Origin: Candidatus Woesearchaeota archaeon
GTDB taxonomy: Archaea; Nanobdellota; Nanobdellia; Woesearchaeales; UBA583
Reading direction: 5' to 3'
Length of the DNA: 64,000 bases
Assembly: GCA_965205335.1 (NCBI GenBank)
Contig: OZ242164.1
Span: 1 to 64,000 of the forward strand
The position numbers and the translations under genes were made by a program. Under the pieces are notes generated by a model. It searched no databases, was not told the DNA's origin, and worked only from the letters and a program-made list of their open reading frames with translations. Shown here one piece after another: positions 50,701 to 60,343 of the stretch; position 1 is the first letter of the stretch; every line of letters starts with the position of its first letter.

Positions 50701-52201
50701 AGCAGGTTTGGATTTCAGGTATGTAAAAAAAGCCGTTTATGATAGAGGTAAATCTCGAAAGAATAGACAAGAAGCTAAAGAAGTAGTAAAAGCATACAAG
50801 GAAGTTAAGAAAAATTATCCAAATAAATCTATTGGGGTAATTGCATTTAGTATGGCTCAAGAAAATGCTATACTAGAAGAATTTAATGTTGCAAACATAG
50901 ACACTAATGGGAAAATTGATTCTCACTCCGAGGACTTATTCATTAAAAATCTTGAAACAGTTCAGGGAGATGAACGAGACATTATCATTCTAAGCATAGG
51001 ATATGGGAAAGATTCTAAAGGCAATCTAAGTTATAACTTTGGGCCAATAAACAAAGAAGGAGGGTACAAGCGTTTAAACGTAGCTGTAACAAGGTCAAGA
51101 TACAAAACAATAGTTATCTCATCACTTGACCCAATAGAACTTGACGATACTAAACTAAATAGCGATGGTCCAAAATACCTTAAAGCATATTTAAGATATG
51201 CAAAAGATAAAAATTTTGAGTTATTTACAGAAGTAACAGAACACTTGGAATTTGATTCATCATTTGAAGAATCGGTATATGATGCACTAAAAAAAGAAGG
51301 ATTTGAGGTGGTAAGCCAAGTTGGTTGTTCAGGATATAGAATAGATTTAGCAATCAAACATCCAGAAAACAAAGGAGACTATGTCTTAGGAGTTGAATGT
51401 GATGGAGCACAATACCATTCATCAAGATTTGCCAGAGATAGAGATAAAGTAAGACAACAAGTTCTTGAAGGTCTTGGGTGGAACATTTACAGAATTTGGT
51501 CGGATGACTGGCTCAAAAATAGAGAATATGAAATTGAATTAATCAAAGACAAAGTAAAATCACTTTCCCAAGAAAAGACAGTATTAAAAACAACTCAACC
51601 TGAGAAATTTGAAGAAGTCGAGAGTGTAAAAGACTTTGAAGAAAAAACACTCAAAGACACATACAATGAGTATGAAATCGCACAATTATCAATAGAAAGA
51701 GTTGATGATTTCTTTGACGTTTATAACTATATTATAAAGGAAAGAATGGTTCGAATTTTAGAAACAGAGTCACCTGTTGAAAGAACCTATTTGTATAAAA
51801 GAGTCATAGCATCGTTTGGAATTCAAAAACTTGGAAAAAGAATTGAAGAAAGATGTGATTATTTAGTAAGAGAATTGTGTCGTGAAACGATTATATTCAT
51901 GAATAAAGAAACAATAGCAATAGACCAAATACAAGATATTTATGATGTAAGAGTTTCAACAGAATCCCAAAGACCATTTGTTCTAATACCAAAAGAGGAA
52001 CTTGCAGGAGCAATATACGATATTCTCAAAAACACATTCAGCATGACAAGAGACACACTTGTAGCAGACGTAGCCAAAGAGATTTTTCATAATCACAGAA
52101 TGGGCGATAAAATCAAAGCAAAAGTAGATGAGGCTCTAAAGCACTTACTCGAAAAGAATCTCATTGTTGAAGAAAAAGGAAAATTCAAGATGAAGAAATA
52201 A
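47711..52201 (+). CDS. DUF4011 - SF1 helicase - Vsr-like REase - DUF3320 protein (Hhe-like defence)
   Basis: WKKKLIDLSKRNNL, QGPPGTGKSQTI, CFMMSPLSV, DEASQ, GDTKQLPP, QGDERD, RLNVAVTR, DSSFE...GYRID...ECDGA.YH. Confidence 0.9.
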   Translation: METKQVLKKKSEYWKKKLIDLSKRNNLVSYRFTKSKSIKITEPQISQLLTDLYDEKNIFFAKTKKKELKDRLWRGSEEDEITERKLVSLYHKIRENFQELGINSCFVSLYSLKYKENQRSEDYFSAPLFLFPVNIERLSYTSQEVHKFEIISGSDDLRVNPALVEKLSNDFGIKVPEFNGEIEDFITKFERVISGRDKWKITTDCYLDVFSYQKYIMYTDLEEHQKLLSESELIKGYVGDRNALQDDIAESQRDEFADDTNGVDVLSADSSQKKAIELAKAGVTFVLQGPPGTGKSQTIANMIAALMEQKKKILFVSQKMAALNVVQKKLDDIGLGRYCLNLHNYKGNKKEIVQQLMSELETSPVIKEFVKRYSFTTYIENQKKINTYYDFLCKKHKPRNFSIYDIRGELAKLLDVDLITQELKESLEFTEERFSHSLNIVDKIDHIRKEISNPLNSVYFNFKKEKNTNIQREKLKSSIKELSKGSFVIDKLTFDIKKQTKIEVSNIELLSELSSQHRDFLKIKDLPEFLCDKDFYEYQKLITKLLEAQLQIDESLKLLGESVKDEFLDMNIKKYKVLFESTNVLSRLFNKEYKYAKIELQKYSKTELKHKDWISVFNYREELESKQKIHKKQVESEPKLIMNLGNVSNSNNLSKLNSFVESIKPFHKWATSIDSKKQFNLIKYFFNNKDSLVEVNQFIKLTENLQVFFEIDLFDKKEDLNIIQNNIIQLLDQKNKIDSILIFKQEFYGLSKEIQDFVYKYFEVDPKYSLKDVFLKSYFIQLLDKILANESIQTPKLEIEQFRALDMEIRDIKRFKIMDSVEQDQPSYNYPSKGLNEVSILKREAEKKRRLKPIRDLLEHIPNLVFTLKPCFMMSPLSVSQYINPQSMKFDVVIFDEASQIMPEDAVPCLLRAKQAIVVGDTKQLPPTSFFMNRNDEDIEEEIEDLESFLSECSTKFRTKRLLWHYRSRNEHLIAFSNRFFYENRLITFPNARESDGAGLDFRYVKKAVYDRGKSRKNRQEAKEVVKAYKEVKKNYPNKSIGVIAFSMAQENAILEEFNVANIDTNGKIDSHSEDLFIKNLETVQGDERDIIILSIGYGKDSKGNLSYNFGPINKEGGYKRLNVAVTRSRYKTIVISSLDPIELDDTKLNSDGPKYLKAYLRYAKDKNFELFTEVTEHLEFDSSFEESVYDALKKEGFEVVSQVGCSGYRIDLAIKHPENKGDYVLGVECDGAQYHSSRFARDRDKVRQQVLEGLGWNIYRIWSDDWLKNREYEIELIKDKVKSLSQEKTVLKTTQPEKFEEVESVKDFEEKTLKDTYNEYEIAQLSIERVDDFFDVYNYIIKERMVRILETESPVERTYLYKRVIASFGIQKLGKRIEERCDYLVRELCRETIIFMNKETIAIDQIQDIYDVRVSTESQRPFVLIPKEELAGAIYDILKNTFSMTRDTLVADVAKEIFHNHRMGDKIKAKVDEALKHLLEKNLIVEEKGKFKMKK

Positions 52202-52359
52202 ATAAGGAAGATTTGAAAAGTGAGACACAATTCACACTTTTTAAGAATGGGATTTGAAAATAGGATGCAAAGAATTAATAATTTTTCTTCAAGCTCAATT
52301 TAATTGTTTCTTCTTTGCAAAGCGAACACATATAAATGATATTGAAAATTGATATTAGT

Positions 52360-52779
52360 ATGAGTTTTAAGAAACCAAAATATTACTTTGATACAAATAT
52401 TTTTTTGAATTTTTTGCTAAATGAAAAAAACTTTTTTGGAAAAAATATAGGAACAAGAGCATATAACTCCTTTTTAAATAGTATCTCATGTAAATTTCAT
52501 ATAATTATTTCTTCATGGACATTATTTGAGTTAAAGAAAAAAGTTTCACATAATGAAATCAAAAATCTAATGTCATTATTAGAACCTAAAGTAATTACTA
52601 TAAGACATACTAAAGATGATGTGAAAGAAGCCAAAGGAGAATGCCCTGATCATTATGAAGATTACTTACATTTAATTCTCGCAAGAAAATCTGAAGCTGA
52701 TGCAATAATCACAAGAGATGTAGGATTTAGAGAATATGAAGATTTAATTAAGATTAAACTCCCTGAACAAATCTCCTGA
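52360..52779 (+). CDS. PIN domain toxin (VapC-like)
   Basis: YFDTNIF, FEL, EDYLH, ITRD. Confidence 0.88.
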   Translation: MSFKKPKYYFDTNIFLNFLLNEKNFFGKNIGTRAYNSFLNSISCKFHIIISSWTLFELKKKVSHNEIKNLMSLLEPKVITIRHTKDDVKEAKGECPDHYEDYLHLILARKSEADAIITRDVGFREYEDLIKIKLPEQIS

Positions 52780-53859
52780 ATTTTCATTCAAACTTTCATT
52801 CAGTAACTCTTTATTGCTTTTTGTATTCTCTAACTTTTTTCCAGAACCCTGAAGTTTTTTCAATTCAGAATCTGGATATTTATTAAATATTTCAGTTATC
52901 TCCTCTAAAATTGAAAAATTATTTAATAGGTTTTCTTTTTGTTTTTTTATTTCAGGTTCAAAACATTTATTTAGGATCTCCTTCTCGTACATCCTTTTCA
53001 AATCATTCTTATAATAATTCATTGCAACTAATTTCCACATCTCTTTAAACGTTTCAATTATTTCTTCTTTTGCTTCTAAAACTAAATCATTTGAAGTATT
53101 CTTTAATTCATACATTAAGCCTAGAAATTCATTTAAATATTGAATTGTATTTACGTCTATATTATCTTTAAACAAGAAAGAAATTAGTTTCTTAACATTA
53201 CCTATTAATTCTTTACTAATAAAAGGGCTATTATAATAGAAATTATCTAGTATTTCTTCTTTCATTAAATAGGATTTTTTGTCAAATTCTTTATATTGAA
53301 ATTTTTTCAAATCTCTAATTTTATTAAATTCCTTATATTTTGTAATAATTTCAATTATTTTATCTTTAGTTTCCTTTTCAATAACAAATTGTTTTTTATA
53401 CTCAATCTCTGTTTCATAAATTACAACAGAATTTAAACCATATAGATACCAACCTATTGGAAGTCCAAGATTTAAATCATAATTTAATTTTGCCAATACT
53501 TTATATAACTGAGTAATTGTTGGATTCTTTCCAGTTTCTTTATTCCACAATTCTTTAATATAAGAAAAGTAAGTATGAATTTTTTCTTTATCTTCATTAT
53601 TTATTGGTAAATTAAAATACGTGTCATAAGTTATATAATTGGTGTTTTTTGCAATAGGGTTTGGGTTAATTAGATAGTAATCTCTTTCTCCCCTCTTATC
53701 TTTAATTACAATTCCCAATTCTGAAAGCCTCTCAAGAGCATTCTTCGTACTTTCCCAACTTGTCTTTGCATCTTTTGAAATCTCTAAAATATTTTTAGGT
53801 TCTGCAGATAAAGAATCTAATATGCTTTTCAAAAACTCAAGTGAGTCTTTTTTCACCAT
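52744..53859 (-). CDS. wHTH + Panacea/DUF4065-like putative antitoxin, convergent with PIN
   Basis: N-terminal HTH (ISKDAKTSWESTKNALERL); TQLYKVL...GWYLYG. Confidence 0.6.
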   Translation of the reverse strand: MVKKDSLEFLKSILDSLSAEPKNILEISKDAKTSWESTKNALERLSELGIVIKDKRGERDYYLINPNPIAKNTNYITYDTYFNLPINNEDKEKIHTYFSYIKELWNKETGKNPTITQLYKVLAKLNYDLNLGLPIGWYLYGLNSVVIYETEIEYKKQFVIEKETKDKIIEIITKYKEFNKIRDLKKFQYKEFDKKSYLMKEEILDNFYYNSPFISKELIGNVKKLISFLFKDNIDVNTIQYLNEFLGLMYELKNTSNDLVLEAKEEIIETFKEMWKLVAMNYYKNDLKRMYEKEILNKCFEPEIKKQKENLLNNFSILEEITEIFNKYPDSELKKLQGSGKKLENTKSNKELLNESLNENSGDLFREFNLN

Positions 53860-54011
53860 AACTATTAATTAATTTCAATTTATTTAAATACTTTGTTATA
53901 ATTTTAAAGTAGTTTAGATTTTTAAATATGATTTCTTTATTATTTTGAGTTTTACTTATGATTTTTACAAATGTTTATAAATTAGTGTGGGTTTACTTTA
54001 TATATATTAAG

Positions 54012-54269
54012 ATGAAAAGAAATATAAAAATACAAACTTGGGCAAGTTACACACTTCATAATCTTAAAATTAAATTGGGTTTTAATGATTATAATGGAAC
54101 TATGGGATATTTGATGTTTTGCAAAGATAAGTTGGGAGAGTTATTAAATTCGGAGGATGGAGCTGACCCTGATCTTATTACAAAACTTTGGTATAAAAAT
54201 CTATACAAACCTGAATTAAATCATGATTTTTTTGGGAAGAAAATTAGGAGGAAGATTAAAAATAAGTGA
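54012..54269 (+). CDS. hypothetical protein (possible RHH-like N-terminus)
   Basis: ORF divergent from the wHTH gene. Confidence 0.5.
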   Translation: MKRNIKIQTWASYTLHNLKIKLGFNDYNGTMGYLMFCKDKLGELLNSEDGADPDLITKLWYKNLYKPELNHDFFGKKIRRKIKNK

Positions 54270-54500
54270 CCAAATTAATGTTACAGAAGATATAAGATAA
54301 ATAGTTTAAGTATGAAAGTTTTAAAAGAACTTTAATCTTTTAATTCCTTTGAAAGAAATTATATCTGATTTAATACAATACAAGAAAGAAATTATTCCTC
54401 AAAAATTACTTTATTTATATAATATTTTAAGTTCTTTTGAATTTATGGACAGAGCCATCACACCAGCAGTTTTATAAATAAATATTTATATAATATAATA

Positions 54501-54846
54501 ATGGGAGAAATGATTTCTATTACTAAAAATGAATATAAAGAGTACTTAGAACTTAAAAAAGAGAGAGATGAGGCAATTAAACAGGGAATTAAGACAAGAA
54601 CTCAAAGAAGAGAAGGAAGAGAATAGGAAACTTAATAAGATCCTACAAGAAAGGGAAACGTTAGCAAGTGTTAGCACTAACAAAACCACTAACAGAGCTA
54701 ACAAAAAACTAACACAAAAACAGGCTAAAATCTTAAAACTTTTTCAAAGGGGGAAGACCACAAGACAGATAGCAAAAGAACTTAAAATAAGTGAGGTTGT
54801 AGTGAGACAACACAAACACAAAATTAAAACTAAAGGATACAAATAA
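54501..54846 (+). pseudogene. chimera: family C antitoxin 5' part fused out of frame to a LuxR/sigma-type HTH remnant
   Basis: 54460-54583 copies 31790-31913; LTQKQAKILKL...TTRQIAKELKISEVVV. Confidence 0.65.
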
Positions 54847-55053
54847 TTACATAATCATTACATAACTATTACATAATGACAGAAAATGCTATAAATATAA
54901 GGAAGAGATATAAATTATGTAATCATTGCCTAATATTGAAAAAATGCAATATATATATATAAGGAAAATTCATAAATTAGGTAATGAGTAAATCTGCAAC
55001 AGTAGAAATTTTTAAAGATAGATTTATATAGTTTAAGTTGTTACTACTATATT

Positions 55054-55971
55054 ATGGATAAAAAATTAAAATGTCTTGCAATTATGTTAATAATAACTAT
55101 TGTAATTCTTGGGATTCTTATATTATTTATTTACTCTGATCCAGATCCTTATGATAAACCAAAAACAAACTTCATAGATAAAAAAGAAGTTGAGATTGTA
55201 AGCATTTATGTTTTAGAGGAGAATCCTAAATTTAATTCTAATAAACAAATTTGGAGTATTTACCCAATTGAGAGAAGAGACAGGAGAAGGCAAAACCACC
55301 ACCCAATAAATCAGGAAGAGGAAGAAGAGCTTGTTGAAGAGCAAGAGCAACAAGAAGAATTAGAAGAAGAACAGGAAGAGGAAACAGTTATTGAAGAAGT
55401 AATTGAGGAAATAGTTGTTGAAGAGACAGTTGAGGAAGAAGAGCTTATTGAAGAGCAACAGGAAGAGGAGCTTGTTGAAGAGACAGTTGAGGAAGAAGAA
55501 CTTATTGAAGAGCAACAGGAAGAGGAGCTTGTTGAAGAAGAGGAAGTTGTTGAGGAAACTGAGGAAGTAATTGAAGAAACAGTTGTTGAAGAGGAAGAGG
55601 AAACAGTTATTGAAGAAGAGGTTGAGGAAGAAGTAATTGAAGAAACACAGGAAGAAGAAGTTGTTGAAGAGCAACAAGAAGAATTAGAAGAAGAACAGGA
55701 AGAGGTTGAGGAAATAGATATACATAAATTATGGAGTTTACAAGTAGCCTCTGAGATTTATCTTGAAAATCTGGCAGAGATTAACTTCCACAAACAAGAA
55801 ATAGAAAAAATTGAGAATGATACAACCTTAACTTTCAGAGAAAAGAGATTACTCTGGGGTCCCCATTATGGTTTAATTTCAGGTTATCAAAGGAGTATTA
55901 GAATAAATTTGAAGTCGTATAATGTGACAGTTAAAGAAGTTAGACAGTATTTGAATTTAACTACTTCCTAA
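55054..55971 (+). CDS. membrane-anchored protein with Glu-rich low-complexity repeat stalk
   Basis: N-terminal TM; EEEELVEE/EETVIEE repeats 55310-55710. Confidence 0.7.
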   Translation: MDKKLKCLAIMLIITIVILGILILFIYSDPDPYDKPKTNFIDKKEVEIVSIYVLEENPKFNSNKQIWSIYPIERRDRRRQNHHPINQEEEEELVEEQEQQEELEEEQEEETVIEEVIEEIVVEETVEEEELIEEQQEEELVEETVEEEELIEEQQEEELVEEEEVVEETEEVIEETVVEEEEETVIEEEVEEEVIEETQEEEVVEEQQEELEEEQEEVEEIDIHKLWSLQVASEIYLENLAEINFHKQEIEKIENDTTLTFREKRLLWGPHYGLISGYQRSIRINLKSYNVTVKEVRQYLNLTTS

Positions 55972-56386
55972 AAGACTTAAAAAAGTGTAAAAACACAAAA
56001 GTTTATAAATATCCAAAGAGATAAAATAACAGGTTCAAAAAAAATAAAATTAGATTTATTTATACAATTAAGTTTGAATATGTTTTAATTTTTGGTGTTG
56101 AATATGATGGAGTTGTTAATATCCTAAAAGTTAAACAAAATTACAAATCTGGTAACAGAAATTATCTTAATCAACAAAGAAATTTGAAGAATTTAAAAAA
56201 AGATTTTAAAGATGATTTATTCTAAAAAATGACTTTATTCTATTAAATTATTAAATTTCTTTCAGAACTTTTAAACCTAAATCAGTTATTTTATCTCTCA
56301 AAAGAAACATAATTAGAATGTTCTTTCATATATTCTCTTGAATTTATAGACAGAGCCTATTAGTAATTATCTAATATCTTATCTTG

Positions 56387-56581
56387 CTAATTGTTGTAGT
56401 TAATTGGTAGATCTTTAACTTCCGAATATTTCTCTATTTCTTTTAAAAATTTACTCTCTTTTGATTTCATAGTATAAATAGTTAGTTCTTCTTTTGCTCT
56501 TGTTAAAGCCACATAAAACAATCTTCTCTCCTCTTTTTCTCCTTCAAAACTATTTAAGGTTGGGTAATTTACAACACACAT
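56387..56581 (-). pseudogene. UvrD-like helicase C-terminal fragment
   Basis: EERRLFYVALTRAKEEL (motif VI). Confidence 0.8.
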
Positions 56582-56768
56582 AAAATAGATTTATAATTAG
56601 AAGATGCCACATATTATAGTAAGTGAAAAGTAATAATAAGACGAAAATTAATAAAAATGGATATCTCGTGTTTACAGACAGTGGTAGACTTGTTCATCGT
56701 TGGGCAATGGAGAAGAAATTAGAAAGAAAATTAAAGAAAAAAGCATATACTAGAAAAGATTTAGGATT

Positions 56769-57116
56769 TTAATTATTTCTTTTTAAGTTCTTTTTCATCC
56801 TATTAATGTCTTTCTGTTGTTGACCACTCTTCCCAGATTTATGGGATATGTGAATTTCTATAATTGTTATTGATAGAATTATTAATCTATCTCTTTTCAA
56901 TAAATAATATATTCTTATTTTCCCAACAGGTAACTCACAAAACATATCCTCTCCATCTACATTGATGATATGTGATTTCTTCCTTGGGATAGGATTATTA
57001 TATAATCCATCCAATTTTTTAGTGCATATGTCTTGTGTTTTTTTATCTAACTTTAGAAAAACTTTCTTTGCTTTCTTCTCAAATGTGTAAGGTTTTTTTA
57101 TAGTATAAGAAGGCAT
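56769..57116 (-). CDS. RelE/ParE-like toxin
   Basis: NPIP...FCELPVGKIRIYY; HKSG..QQ..IN motif. Confidence 0.78.
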   Translation of the reverse strand: MPSYTIKKPYTFEKKAKKVFLKLDKKTQDICTKKLDGLYNNPIPRKKSHIINVDGEDMFCELPVGKIRIYYLLKRDRLIILSITIIEIHISHKSGKSGQQQKDINRMKKNLKRNN

Positions 57117-57118
57117 TT

Positions 57119-57262
57119 TTAATGATTCTTCAGATAATTAGCCAACTTCTCTCCCGATTTGAAAGCAGAACGTGGAACATCAACGCCTTCAATTTTCTTA
57201 AACTTTCCTTTTAAAAATTGTTTGTTTAATCTTGCTCTTACTTCTTTTAATGTCTCCGCCAT
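57119..57262 (-). CDS. 47-aa putative antitoxin
   Basis: Manually translated MAETLKEVRARLNKQF...; 2 bp upstream of the toxin. Confidence 0.6.
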   Translation of the reverse strand: MAETLKEVRARLNKQFLKGKFKKIEGVDVPRSAFKSGEKLANYLKNH

Positions 57263-57325
57263 AAATACATACGTATTTATTTATTTATAATACTTATGAT
57301 TTGTTGAATTGTCAACTTAAAGGGG

Positions 57326-58020
57326 TTTATTTTCGGAATCAATAGTCTAATATTACACAAAAGGTTTGATACATCATTTTTCCCATAAGGCTCTTTTCTT
57401 AAATTCTCCGTCATATTTTTTTATGAATTTTTCAACCTTAAGAATAGTGTTTTAATGGATCTCTCAATTAAACCTAATTGATAAAATATTTTAATAATTG
57501 TTTAAGTTTCCTCTCTATCCAATTTGAAAACTTGACTTAAATCTTTTCTTGTGATGTATCCTTTCAATTTTTCTCTCTGCCATAAATTATTTATTTGTCT
57601 CACTTTTCTAATTATATTATATTTTGAGACTTAATAATCTTTTCTTTGTTTAATATGTGATGTTAGCCCTGTAAGACTATCAGTTATAACTCCTGATTTA
57701 AGATTGCATTCTTGATCAAACTCACCTTTTATAATAAATAAATCTCTTCTTGGGAAGTCTTGAATTAATATTACTTTTTTAAGCTCATCGTTCTTATCAT
57801 ATTCTACATTTTTGATGATGTTAGTTTGATTCTTGCATATTATTTTTTTGGTTATTGTTTTTTCTGTTTGTGTCTCTCTCTTACCCTCTTGGTAATCCAA
57901 ATAAAAACACCCTAACAAAAGGATCACAACCATTAATAATATTATTTGGTATCTGATTTTTGTTTTTTTCCACGTTCTAAACTCTGTAAAATCCTTTTCC
58001 ATTATACATTATACCCCTTT
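57326..58020. repeat. dispersed repeat block, copy 3 of 3
   Basis: Matches 29510-30226 and 39035-39733. Confidence 0.9.
57631..58002 (-). CDS. membrane-anchored hypothetical protein (triplicated)
   Basis: See 29843 and 39340. Confidence 0.7.
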   Translation of the reverse strand: MEKDFTEFRTWKKTKIRYQIILLMVVILLLGCFYLDYQEGKRETQTEKTITKKIICKNQTNIIKNVEYDKNDELKKVILIQDFPRRDLFIIKGEFDQECNLKSGVITDSLTGLTSHIKQRKDY

Positions 58021-58249
58021 GTTTTAATTCTTTTAGCATAAACTCTTATCTCTCTCATATTCTTATTTAATTTTTGGGAGATCTCCCAAACTTCTTTATT
58101 ATATCTATCACGTATATCTTTTAATTTTTTTCTATCATTTGGAATCATTTTTTTTCCTTATTAAATATCTTTTCTAAGTATGAATATATATTTCCTAAGT
58201 GTTCTCTTAGTTCCATAATGATTATTTAAAATCCTATCTTTATTTAAAT

Positions 58250-58825
58250 CTATCTTATGTCCTCATATATTTTATTTCTATCTTTATCGCAAACTGTTAT
58301 TTTTCCATCTTCATGATAAATAATTGTTAATTCTCCCTCTATTAATTCTCCCTCCTTAAATATTCCTTGTTTTATCATTTTATTTCTATCTTTATCATAA
58401 TATATTATTTTTCCATCTGTTAATTTTTCCTGTTCATTAAATTCACCTTGTTGTATTATTTTATCTCCATTTTCAAGAGAGAAATTTCTTTTACCTGATT
58501 CAATTAAACCCAAATCAAAAAACCCTTCATCAACAATCTTAATTTTTTAATTTTCATAAAGTGTTCTTTTTCCTTCATTAAGACACCCATCAAAAAATCC
58601 TTCTTCTATCACCATATTCCCTTTCTCATTTATATTATATAATGTTCTTTTTCCTTCCCTTATAGTTCCATCTTCAATTCTTCCTTCTTGTATTTCTGTT
58701 ATTTCCTCATTCTCATCATAAAATATCATTTTTCCTTTTGTTAAGTTTCCATATTTATTAAATGTTCCTTTATGTTTTTGTTTTATGTTTCCATTTCTGT
58801 AGTAAAATGTTTTTGTTTCTACCAT
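58250..58825 (-). CDS. MORN/YwqK-like beta-repeat protein, split in two by a stop (58547..58825 + 58250..58513)
   Basis: Repeated EG.F..G.L..GK..YY patterns in both same-frame ORFs. Confidence 0.6.
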
Positions 58826-59009
58826 ATTTTATCTATTATTTATCTCTTTAAATATTTTTTTCAATCGATTTTCTAATTCTTTTTTTAAGTTTAACATAAA
58901 AATAATATTTCAATAGAGTTTATATAATTTTTTAGAAAAGAAATATTAACTTCTGGACAGAGCCTATAGGAAGTAAGTTTTATAAGATAATTTGAGTTGT
59001 TTTATATTG

Positions 59010-60343
59010 ATGACATTCAATATAGACAAAATGGATGGTTATGATTTTGAAGATTTAGTTTCAAGAATTATGAAGAAAAAAGGATATAAGGATGTTAAAG
59101 TTACTAAAAAGAGTGGTGATGAAGGTAAGGATATTATTATGAAACAACCAGAAGGAGGCATTGTTGTAGTAGAATGTAAAAAATATAAAGGTAGTGTGGG
59201 AAGACCAGTTATCCAAAAATTACAGGGAGCAATGGAACATGAAAGAAAGAGACATTCTGGAGATGATTTGTTTGGAATTGTTGTTACATCTGGTTCTTTT
59301 TCTAATCAAGCAATTGAATATAGTAAGGAATTTAAAGATAGTATTGAATTGATAGATGGAAAGAAATTAAGAGATTTATGTAAGAATCTGAATATTAATG
59401 TCTTAAATAGTGGAGTTCAGATTTTAACTAATGATGGTTTTGAATACATAAATAATAATGAAGCAGTTAGTTTTACTATAGAGAATTATTCAAAAATTTA
59501 TGGTAATGAAAATCATAAACCAAAAGTAGGGACAGATTTGAGTTTTAAGCCGGTATATTTTGCTAAAGTTAAAGTAGAATTTGATACTTATACAAGTGTA
59601 GGTTGTATAGATGAGTATTGTGAAAGTAGTGAATATATTATTGATGGAGTTACTAAAAATTTTTTAAGTCCTAATCTAAAAGATTTTTTTTCTCAAAGAG
59701 TGAAACAATTAGTGAAATTGAAAGTAAATATGATAGAAAAAAAGTGCCATATGAGTTTTCTGAGAATGAAGCAGAAAAATTAATAATTGATGTCTCAATA
59801 GAGACTCATACCCACATAGCAGGTTATACAGGTAGAAACAATCAGAATTATTCAAAAGAATGTGTCCCCAAAAAAGATAATATTGATATTATTACCTCTT
59901 TACCAATCTATATGCCTTATCGTTCAAATCATATGAAGATTCTAAATATGAAATATGATCAAGAATTTTATAATAAAGGTTTAGACACATTATATGTGAG
60001 TGATGAATTACTTGAATGTAAGATATGTGAAAACGGATACAGTGAATACATGAAATTGAGTTTGTGTATAAAATGTGCTAGAATAGTATGTAGAAGGCAC
60101 ATAAAGATTGATTATTTGGATAAGACTACTCCAATATGCACTATTCATGCAATAAAATTCAAATTGTGGTTAGAAACTAAATATTTCTCATTTAATAAGA
60201 ATAAAAAGAAATATGAAGTGTGGTATAATGAACGTAATTTTTTTGAGAAATTATATGAGGATAAAATTGTATTTTATATTTCAATTGGAGGAGGAATCTT
60301 TATGTTCATTATAATTTTAATATGGTTAGGTAATATGTTCTAA
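59010..60343 (+). pseudogene. Mrr-like restriction endonuclease with Zn-finger and C-terminal TM, frameshifted at a T8 run
   Basis: FEDLV...SGDEGKDII...VVECKKY...GIVVTSGSFS; one extra T at ~59684-59691 joins the two ORFs. Confidence 0.8.

Noticed and set aside
28830-57380. Dispersed ~55-bp repeat as a CRISPR repeat or classical attC
   Set aside because: It is a coding fragment of 43296..43574, is irregularly spaced, and has no RYYYAAC/GTTRRRY box arrangement; no integron integrase is seen
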